A DNA stretch of 64,000 nucleotides from an uncultured Planctomycetota bacterium (lineage in GTDB: Bacteria > Planctomycetota > Planctomycetia > Isosphaerales > Isosphaeraceae): the NCBI GenBank assembly GCA_963737655.1, contig CAVTTN010000002.1, forward strand, positions 5,216,001-5,280,000, given 5' to 3'. Position numbers and translations under genes: made by a program. Under the pieces are notes generated by a model. The model did not search any database. It was given only the letters and a program-made list of their open reading frames with translations, and was not told where the DNA came from. This document shows, piece by piece, positions 55,877 to 64,000 of this stretch; positions within the stretch are counted from its first letter, which is position 1, and every line of letters starts with the position of its first letter.

Positions 55877-56463
55877 CGGGGAGGCTCCCGGAGAAGACCG
55901 GCCCGCGAGCGGGCCTTGAGTTCGACCACGGCGGCGGCGGAAGGGGCCGCCGGGGCGGGCAGCCATTGGACCAGCGGGCGGACCCGGCGGCGGAACTCGG
56001 CCCGGGCCATCGCCACCGCCTTCCACGCCGGGCCTCGGGAGCGGAGGTGCCCCACGTAGTCGTCCAGCTCCACGCCCCAGAACCGATACAGCCGGTTGCG
56101 GAACGCGAACGAGCCGTCGCCCGGCGGCAGGGGGAAGCTCGGCGGGGGCTCGGCGTAGACGAAGGCGAGCAGGGCGCGGAAGCCGGGCCCGAACAGGCTC
56201 TGCCACCGGGCCAGGCCGTCGAGGTCGTCGGTCGTGACCCAGTTCTCCCAGGCCCTCCGCCCCACGACGGTCTTGCCGCGCTTCCCCTTGACCTCCACCA
56301 CCAGGTTCAGCCCGCCCCTCACATATAGCAGAAAATCGGGGCTCTTGAGACCCCCCTCGTCCGAAATCGCGCGCTTCGCCTCGTCCACCGCCACGCACGG
56401 CACCTTCCGCGACCGGATGAACGCCTCGAAGGCGGCCTCGTAATGGTTCGAGCGATCGGCCAT
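55873..56463 (-). CDS. HYExAFE family protein
   Basis: NHYEAAFEAF; PDFL...VEVKG PD-(D/E)xK-like motif. Confidence 0.88.
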   Translation of the reverse strand: MADRSNHYEAAFEAFIRSRKVPCVAVDEAKRAISDEGGLKSPDFLLYVRGGLNLVVEVKGKRGKTVVGRRAWENWVTTDDLDGLARWQSLFGPGFRALLAFVYAEPPPSFPLPPGDGSFAFRNRLYRFWGVELDDYVGHLRSRGPAWKAVAMARAEFRRRVRPLVQWLPAPAAPSAAAVVELKARSRAGLLREPPR

Positions 56464-56473
56464 GACGATCCTT

Positions 56474-56953
56474 TTACCTCGACCCCAAAACCACCAGCCC
56501 GTTCGCCGGGCCCGTCGCCTTCGGCCTCTTCCTCGGAGGGAGCACGGCCTCGGCGTATTCCCAGATCTGCTCCGGGGTCTCGAACACCTTGTCGAAGCTC
56601 CAATCGGTGTCGTACTCGCAATCGTCCGTGCTGTATTCCTGGCAGATCTTCGGCCGGTTGAAATAGATCCCGCAGCGATCGTCCTTCGTCAGGTACTGGC
56701 ATTTCGTCATCACGACGAGATACCACGTCGTCTTGCCCTTCTTCGTCTCGGTGTAGACCAAAGTCTTGCCGTGGGCGAGGTACCAGCGGATCGAGTCGTA
56801 ATCGTCCCAGGTCGAGGGCGTGTCGATCGGCAGCGAGAAATAGCGGCAGCACTTGCCGTGGCAATGGTCGCACAGGCACTCGCCGGGCTTCAGCTCGTCG
56901 CGAGAGGGCTTGCGTTTGCGCGTGCCGGCGGTCGCCACGGTCGAGGGTTCCAT
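56474..56953 (-). CDS. YkgJ family cysteine-cluster protein
   Basis: CDHCHGKCC, CQYL...RCGIY..RP.IC. Confidence 0.88.
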   Translation of the reverse strand: MEPSTVATAGTRKRKPSRDELKPGECLCDHCHGKCCRYFSLPIDTPSTWDDYDSIRWYLAHGKTLVYTETKKGKTTWYLVVMTKCQYLTKDDRCGIYFNRPKICQEYSTDDCEYDTDWSFDKVFETPEQIWEYAEAVLPPRKRPKATGPANGLVVLGSR

Positions 56954-57002
56954 CGGGGACGGGGAACCGGGTGATGGGTGATCGCGACGGACCACGAACC
57001 GC

Positions 57003-58447
57003 TCACGCCATCAACGCCGGGACGACGTTACCATGAACGTCCGTGAGGCGGAAGTCCCGGCCCTGGAACTTGAACGTGAGCCTCGTGTGGTCGATGCCCA
57101 GGAGCCTCAGCACGGTGGCGTTGAGGTCGTGGATGTGGACCGGGTCCTTCACCACATTATAGCAGTAATCGTCCGTCTCGCCGTGGGAGATGCCCGGCTT
57201 CACGCCGCCCCCGGCCATCCAGACGCTGAAGCATCGGCCGTGGTGGTCGCGTCCGTAGTTCGTCTTCGTCAGGGCGCCCTGGGAGTAGACCGTGCGGCCG
57301 AACTCGCCGCCCCAGATCACGAGGGTCTCGTCGAGCAGGCCCTTGCGCTTCAGGTCCCGGATCAGCGCGGCGGCCGGGCGATCGACGTCCTTGCACTGGC
57401 CGCGGATCTGCCGGGGGAGGTCGCCGTGCTGGTCCCACCCTCGGTGCATCAACTGGATGAACCGGACCCCTCGCTCGGCCATCCTCCGGGCGAGCAGGCA
57501 GTTGCGGGCGAAGCCGCCGTCCTCGGTCGAGTCGGTGATCCCGTAGAGGTCCAGGGTCTCCTTCGACTCGCCCTTGAGGTCGGTCAGCTCGGGGACGCTC
57601 GCTTGCATCCGATACGCCATCTCGTATTGAGCAATCCTCGTGTTGATCTCGGGGTCGCCGAACGACTGAGCGGCCATCGCGTTGAGGCGGGAGAGGCCGT
57701 CGAGCATGGCGCGGCGGTCGTCGCGATCGACGCCCGGCGGGTTCGAGAGGTAGAGGACCGGGTCGTCCCCCGATCGGAACCGCACGCCCTGATGCTTCGA
57801 CGGCAGGAAGCCGCTGCCCCAGAGTCGCGAGAAGATCGGCTGGTCGGTCTTGTTGCCGCTGCCCTGGGAGATCATCACGACGAACGCGGGGAGGTCGGAA
57901 TTCTCGCTGCCCAGGCCGTAGGACAGCCACGCGCCCAGGCTCGGGCGGCCCGGCTGCTGGGAGCCGGTCTGGATATACGTCGTGGCCGGGTCGTGGTTGA
58001 TCGCCTCGGTGTTCACGCTCCGGACGATCGCGATCTCGTCGGCGATCGACCCGATGTTCGGCAGCAATTCGCTGACCCACGCGCCGGATTGCCCGTGCTG
58101 CTTGAACTCGAACATCGGCGCCACGCACGGGAACGACGCCTGGCCGGAGGTCATCCCGGTGATCCTCTGGCCCATCCGGATCGAGCCGGGAAGCTCCTGG
58201 CCGTGGTGCTCCTTGAGCTTCGGCTTGTAGTCGAACAGGTCGATATGGCTGGGCCCGCCGCTCATGAACAGGTAAATCACCCGCTTCGCCTTCGGCGCGA
58301 AGTGGAGGGCGGGCAACGCCCCCCCTCGGCGGCGAAAAGCTCGGGGTTCAGCAAGGACGCCAGCGCCGCCGCGCCGATGCCGGTGGCGGCCCGGCCGAAG
58401 AACTGGCGGCGGGTCTGGATCTGATGAGATTCGCGGGCGGGGTCCAT
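57003..58447 (-). CDS. DUF1501 family protein (frameshift near 58320)
   Basis: TRRQFF Tat motif; [48 protein letters not shown]. Confidence 0.92.
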
Positions 58448-58481
58448 CGGCGGTCCTCGTGGGGATTGTTCGGGCTTCGGA

Positions 58482-58994
58482 TCAGGCCGAGCGGGCCTCC
58501 GCGATCGACCACCCGGACGTCGCCAGGACGTCCCGGGCGGCGAACATCGTGACGTCCGAGAAGAGGAGGCGGACCGTCCAGCCGTTGCTCAGGAGGATCT
58601 CGTGAGAGAACTCGTCGGGCGCGCCACCGGGGCCGACCTCGTCGGCCATCCACCGGATGTCGGTCGAACAGAGATCGGGCGGCAGGGCCTGGCGATCGAT
58701 GGCCGGCTCGGCGGTCGTCCGGTAGACGAGGAGCACGAGGTCCCGAGGGGGCGATTCGGGGCGGACCTGGACGAAGAATCCCGCCTCGCCGTCGGCCAGG
58801 AGCGACACCTCGGCGTCGTGGAGCGAATAGGTCTCCAGGAGCCTCGCCAGATCGCTCGGGAGCGAGTCGCGGACCGCGTCGAGCCGGAGCCGGTAGCGCC
58901 TCTCGGCCTCTTGCCAGGCGGCATCGGCGGCGTCCATCGCGGCGTCGTCCCCGGCCTGGAGGTCGGCGTAGAGGGCCGGTGTGAAGTAGTTCAT
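58482..58994 (-). CDS. Hypothetical protein, putative immunity partner
   Basis: MNYFTPALY...W..A..RY...L, LHDA, WM.DEV, HEILLSNG; ATGA-coupled to the upstream gene. Confidence 0.65.
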   Translation of the reverse strand: MNYFTPALYADLQAGDDAAMDAADAAWQEAERRYRLRLDAVRDSLPSDLARLLETYSLHDAEVSLLADGEAGFFVQVRPESPPRDLVLLVYRTTAEPAIDRQALPPDLCSTDIRWMADEVGPGGAPDEFSHEILLSNGWTVRLLFSDVTMFAARDVLATSGWSIAEARSA

Positions 58995-59320
58995 GGAGTC
59001 TTGCTCCGGCAGCCGTCGGTCTCGTAGAAGGTGTGCCCGATCGGCGGCGGGCGAAGTTGCTGGAAATGCGGGAGGGCGCCGGGCCCGGCGGCGATCTTGT
59101 GAGGGGGGGTGCCTCATCGATGGGCCGACCGCCTCCTCGATCCTCCGGGCCAGGGACCGATTGCCCGCCTGGTCCTCCCCGCAAACGACCACGTCCAGGC
59201 CGAGCCCCTCCTCGCGACCGCATCTTCCTCGGTGATCGGGTCGCCCCGGAGGACCGCGCCTCGCGAACCCGGCTCAGCCTGGTGAATCGTCGGTTCCGGG
59301 AGCGCCTCCTCCTCGTCCAT
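58991..59320 (-). CDS. His-rich hypothetical protein, possible nuclease toxin (two apparent frameshifts)
   Basis: Reconstructed: PTIHQAE..GAVLRG..EEDAVARR..LDVVVCG...RH.PH....LPHFQ....GHTFYET. Confidence 0.5.
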
Positions 59321-59321
59321 C

Positions 59322-62300
59322 TTAACCTTTCGTCACCGCCTCATCGAGGTTCAGGATCATCCCGGCGACCGTCCCATACGCGGCGAGCTCGGCCGGGTCG
59401 AGCGCGCGGTCCCTCGGCGATTCGCCCACTTCGAGGAACTTCTCGGCCTTCGACGGGTCACGCCGGAACGCGGCGAGCTCGCGGTCGAAGACCTCGCGGA
59501 GGATCGCACGCTCCTCGGGCTTCGGCCGTCTCGACGTCGCCAGCCGGAACGCGAAGGCGAGGCGGTCGTCGATCGAGGCGCCTCCCTCCTTCATCATCCT
59601 CTGGCCGAGGTTTCTCGACGCCTCGACGTAGGTGGGATCGTTCAGCAGGACCAGGGCCTGGAGCGGGGTGTTCGTCGTGGCCCTCCGGACCGTGCAAATC
59701 TCGCGGTCGGGGGCGTCGAACGTGGAGAGCGACGGCGGCGGGCTCGTCCTCTTCCAGAAGGTGTACATGGTCCGGCGGTAGAGGTCGTCGCCGTGGCTCT
59801 GCACGTAGGTTTGCGCGGTCCAGGCCGCGCCGTCGGCCCGGGACATCAGCTCCTCCCACAGCCCCTTCGGCTGATAGGGCGAGACGCTGGGCCCGCCGAT
59901 CTTCTCCTTCAACAGGCCGCTGACGAACAGCGCCTCGTCGCGGACGAACTCGGCCTGGAGCCGATGCCTCGTCCCTCGGGCGAGCAGGCGGTTCTCCGGG
60001 TCTCTTCGCGAGCCCTTCGGCCGACGCGGCCGAGGATTGCCGGTAGGCCGCCGAGGTGACCATCAGCCGGACCATCTTCTTGAGGTCCCACGGCCGGGAG
60101 CCGTCGGTGGGACTCGCGAACTCGACGGCCAGCCAGTCGAGCAATTCGGGGTGGCTGGGCGGCTCGCCCTGGGTGCCGAAATCCTCGCTGGTCTTCACCA
60201 GCCCCGTGCCGAACATCGCTTGCCAGACGCGGTTGATCGCGACCCGGCTCGTCAGCGGGTGCGCCGGATCGACCAGCCATCGGGCCAGGCCCAGCCGGTT
60301 CGACGGGGCGTCCTTGGGCAACGGCGGGAGGAACGCCGGGGTCGTCGCCCGGACCTTCTCCCCCTTCTTGTCGTACTGGCCGCGGACCAGGATGAACGTG
60401 TCGCGAGGGGCCGCCATCTCGGCCATGACCATCGCCGTCGGGGCGTTCTTGTCGATCTCCGCCCTCGCCTTCTTCACGGCCGAGAGCCTCTCCGATCGCG
60501 ATCGGCACGAAGGGTCGATCTCGGCCCGGTAGTAGGCGCGGACCGCGGCCTTCTGCGCGTCGGTCCTCGACCCGGGCTCGACGGCCAGGGCCTCGCGGAC
60601 CGCCTTCGGCAACGCCTCGATCCCCACCGCGTTGGCCGACGGCGACGCGGCCAGCCGGAACTTGCCGGGATGGTGCCCCCGGAACACGGACTGGAACGCC
60701 AGGGTCACGCGGACCTCCGCCCCCGAGACCGGCCGATCCAGGGCGAACGCGATCCAGTGGGGCTTCCCCTGCTCGGGGTCGATCGCCCAGCCCGAGCTGG
60801 GCCTGTCGTCGATCGCCAGGGACGGCGGGAAATCCGTCTGGCTGAAGTCGGCCGCCGCGGCGCGGATCCTCACGCCCTTCGGCGTCCCGTCGGCGATCTC
60901 CTCGATCTTCACGTCGGTCAGGACGACGTTCCCATTCACCGACCGCCCCGGCCCTCCGTTGGGCTGGCGGGGGTCGGCGGGCATCTCCAGGCGGACCGCC
61001 GCGACGGGCCGACCGTCTCCCTTGAGAGTGACGGTGTAGGTCTCGCGGTCGGGGTTGGGGCCGTCGGCGACGATCGTCCGGTCCTCGGCGACGGTCAGGG
61101 TCGCCCCTCCGGCCGAGAGCGCCTCCTTCACCTCCGGCGCCCTCCATTCGGCCGGGTCGCCGAGCGATCGCTCCCAGGCGGTCTGGGCGGCATCGACCTC
61201 GGGCATCGGCCCGGCGAGCCCGGTTTCGAGGGCCTGCGCCTCCGTCGCCAGGCGGTCGAGCTCGGCCTTCTGGTCGCTCGACGGGACGCGGATCATCGGC
61301 TCGGCGTTGCCCTTGGAGCCGTCCAGCCCCTTCTCCGGGACGTTGTGGAAGAACGCGAACAGGCCGTAATATTCGGACTGCTTGATCGGGTCGAACTTGT
61401 GGTCGTGGCACTGGCGCAGCCGACCGTCAGGCCGAGCCAGACCGTCGCCGTCGTGTTCACCCGGTCCACGATGTAGGCGGTGTGGTACTCCTCGGGGACC
61501 GCGCCGCCCTCGAAATTGATCATGTGGTTGCGGTTGAATCCGCTGGCGACCTTCTGGTCGGTCGAGGGCTCCGGGAGGAGGTCGCCGGCGATTTGCTCGA
61601 CGGTGAACTGGTCGAACGGCTTGTTGGTGTTGAAGGCGTCGATGACCCAGGCCCTCCAGCGGCTCATGTCGCGGCCGGAGTCGATGTGGTAGCCGTGGGT
61701 GTCGGCGAACCGGGCGGCGTCGAGCCAGTCGACGGCCATCCGCTCGCCGAACCGGGGGGACGCGAGCAGGCGATCGACGAGCTTTTCATAAGCGTTTGGC
61801 GACGCGTCGGCGAGGAAGGCATCGACCTCCGCCAGGGACGGCGGCAGGCCGGTCAGGTCGAGCGTCAAGCGACGAATCAGGGCCTCTTTCGGGGCCTCGG
61901 GCGAGGGCGCGAGGCCCTCCCGCTCGATCCTCGCGAGGAGGAAGCGGTCGATCGGGTTTTTCGGCCAGGAATGGTCGCGGACGGCCGGGATCTCGGGCCG
62001 TTTCGGCGCCAAGAACGCCCAGTGCGTGGCGAATTCGGCCCCCTCGGCGATCCAGCGGCGGAGGAGGGCGCGGTCGGCGTCGGAGAGGGTCTTGTTCGTC
62101 GATTTCGGCGGCATGACCGGCCCCTTGCGGGCCGGGTCGATCATCTTCAGGAGCCGCGATTTGTCCGGCTCCCCCGGGACGATCGCCACCGACCCCGATT
62201 CGGCCGGCTTCAAGGCCTCGTCGCGGACGTCCAGCCGCAGGCCGGACTCGCGGGCCTCCGCGTCCGGGCCGTGGCAGGCGAAGCACTTATCCGCCAGGAT

Positions 62301-62441
62301 CGGCCGGATCTCGCGGTCGAAATCGACCCGAGAGGGAGGCGGCGGATCGGCGGCCCTCGCCTTCGAGGGAATCCCGCTCACGGCCGCCGCGAGGGTCAGC
62401 GCAACCATCGGAACGAAACTGGGGCGGGGTTCCGCTCTCAT
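59322..62441 (-). CDS. Planctomycete cytochrome c / PSD1 (DUF1549-DUF1553) protein (frameshifts near 60005 and 61415)
   Basis: VDFDREIRPIL..KCFACHGPD, LIRRLTLDLTGLPP, WLDAARFADT, CHDHKFDP, PPSHPELLDWLA, TNTPLQAL. Confidence 0.92.
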
Positions 62442-62533
62442 GGGAAGGTCTCGCGGGCGGGGTTCGATCGAGGCCGAGGCAAGGCAAGGCGGGCGATCCC
62501 CCGATTATCCCCTTCCGGCCCTCTCGTCGCAAC

Positions 62534-62708
62534 CAACGTAGGGTGCATGAAATGCACCAGGTCCGTCCGCGGCGGCCATCGGCCGCCCACCGCCCTCTCC
62601 CCCTCCGCCTCGTCGTGGCTCGTCGTGGGAGGAATGCGGGTGGACGTGGGAAGCGGAGGGCGGCCGACGGCCGCCGCGGGCCTGGTGCATTTCATGCACC
62701 CTACGTTG
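62534..62708. repeat. REP family A long REPIN, each arm with the GGCGGCC-N3-GGCCGCC hairpin
   Basis: caac-gtagggtgcatgaaatgcaccagg ... cctggtgcatttcatgcaccctac-gttg. Confidence 0.93.
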
Positions 62709-62734
62709 ACTTCCCTCCCCCAATCGACTAATCT
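62706..62734 (+). promoter_or_regulatory. Sigma70-like promoter for blaI-blaR1
   Basis: TTGACT-N17-TAATCT about 43 bp before the blaI ATG. Confidence 0.5.
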
Positions 62735-62777
62735 TCTCGACGTTCGACGAGTTTAACCCACCGAACGAGCGACAACG

Positions 62778-63167
62778 ATGTCCGATCCGCTGACCCCGGC
62801 CGAGTGGAAGGTCATGAAGATCGTCTGGGCCCGGGGCTCGTGCGCGGCCCGGGACGTTTATGAGGAGGCCGGGCGGGAGTTCGGATGGGCGCCGACGACC
62901 GCGAAGACGGTGCTCCGCCGATTGGTCGAGAAGGGGTGTTTGACGACCTCGGCCGTGGGCAACAGCTTCTTGTACCGGCCGGCCCCGACGGCCGTGCAAT
63001 CGTCCTTGCTCGGCGCCGCCGATACGTTGCTGGATCAGGTCCTGGACGGGACGACGGGGCTGGTCCTTTCCCACCTGGTGAAGAGGAGCAAGCTCTCGGC
63101 CAGGGAGCTGGCGGAGCTTCGCGCCTTGCTCGACTCGCATTCCCCCCACGACGAGGGCCGATCATGA
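62778..63167 (+). CDS. BlaI/MecI/CopY family repressor
   Basis: LTPAEWKVMKIVW, WAPTTAKTVLRRLVEKG, FLYRP. Confidence 0.92.
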   Translation: MSDPLTPAEWKVMKIVWARGSCAARDVYEEAGREFGWAPTTAKTVLRRLVEKGCLTTSAVGNSFLYRPAPTAVQSSLLGAADTLLDQVLDGTTGLVLSHLVKRSKLSARELAELRALLDSHSPHDEGRS

Positions 63168-64000
63168 ACCTTGCGGCCGATTGGGTCGATCGGATGGCGG
63201 TCCCGTGGGCCTCGGCGATGGCCCGGACGTGCCTGGAGTCGTCGGCGGTTCTGGCCCTGGTGGGGGCGGTGTGGTGGCTCGGCCGCAAGAGGCTCTCGGC
63301 GGCGACGCTTCACGCCCTGTTCTTGCTGGTCCTGGTGAAGCTGGCCGTGCCGATCCCGCTGAGCCTGCCGGTGCCGGCGTCGTGGGGCCGATTCTCCCCC
63401 TCGACGGCCTCCGACCGCGTCGCCTCGTGGGCCTCCGCGCCGCAAGCGGACCCCGCGGCGGTCGTCCCCTTCGACGAGCTCCATCGACCGATCCCGCGAA
63501 ACCCCTCGGAGACGGTCGTCTCGACCGCCCCCGAGATCCCGCCCGATCCGCCGGAGGCCGCGCCGCGATGGACCGCTCGATCGGTCCTCCTGATGGGCTG
63601 GGCGGGGGTCGTCCTCGCGCTCCTGGCTCGCTTGATCGGGGCGCATCTGGCGATGGATCGGCTGGTCAGGCGTTGTCCGGTCGTCGATCCGGACGCGCTG
63701 GGGATCGACGCCTCGGGGCTGGCGAATCGATGCGGATTGAAGCGCCCGGTGCCGATGGTGGCGGTCCCGGGGCTCGGTTCTCCGGCGGTCTGGGGGTTCG
63801 TCCGGCCGAGGGTCCTCGTGCCTCCCGACCTGGCCGATGGGATGACCTCGGAGGGTTTGCGGTGGGTGATCCTCCATGAGCTGGTCCACGTCCGCCGCCG
63901 GGACGCCTGGATCGGCCTGTTCCAGAGGCTCGTGCAGATCGCCTATTTCTTCCACCCGGCGGCGTGGATCGCGAACCGGGCGATCGACGCCCATCGCGAA
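63164..64000 (+). CDS. M56 (BlaR1-like) metallopeptidase, 3' truncated by window
   Basis: ATGA overlap with blaI; SPAVWGFVRPRVLVP; HExxH in ILHELVHVRRRD. Confidence 0.9.
   Translation, partial: MNLAADWVDRMAVPWASAMARTCLESSAVLALVGAVWWLGRKRLSAATLHALFLLVLVKLAVPIPLSLPVPASWGRFSPSTASDRVASWASAPQADPAAVVPFDELHRPIPRNPSETVVSTAPEIPPDPPEAAPRWTARSVLLMGWAGVVLALLARLIGAHLAMDRLVRRCPVVDPDALGIDASGLANRCGLKRPVPMVAVPGLGSPAVWGFVRPRVLVPPDLADGMTSEGLRWVILHELVHVRRRDAWIGLFQRLVQIAYFFHPAAWIANRAIDAHRE

Overview
GC-rich chromosomal window, inferred to be from a planctomycete (probably Isosphaeraceae-like) from DUF1559, DUF1501/DUF1553, DUF1571, HYExAFE and LEPR-XLL-type genes. The backbone is housekeeping: rsmH, queA, tatD, fur, nusA-infB-DUF503-rbfA, trpE, mcsA-mcsA-mcsB, thiC, fliW-csrA, purH, coaD, bioF-fabF-bioB and blaI-blaR1. 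The most striking non-gene structure is a REP-associated HUH tyrosine transposase (RAYT, 8556-9104) with 18 copies of a 21-bp GTAG-tagged palindrome (GTAGGGTGCATGAAATGCACC). These occur as singlets, inverted pairs and 26-bp tandem arrays, alongside at least three other GTAG repeat families. The TAG of a GTAG tag is the stop codon of eight genes. Several small translationally coupled two-gene cassettes are inserted between housekeeping genes: RelE/ParE TA, a Tse2/ART-like toxin plus partner, RusA-like plus REase-HEPN-like, and a His-rich nuclease-like gene plus partner. Also notable are a secreted WxxGxW protein with a huge Gly/Tyr- and Asn/His-rich block tail, and heptamer inverted-repeat elements. 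About 17 genes, including infB, carry single-base frameshifts, most likely long-read assembly errors. No rRNA, tRNA or CRISPR array was seen.
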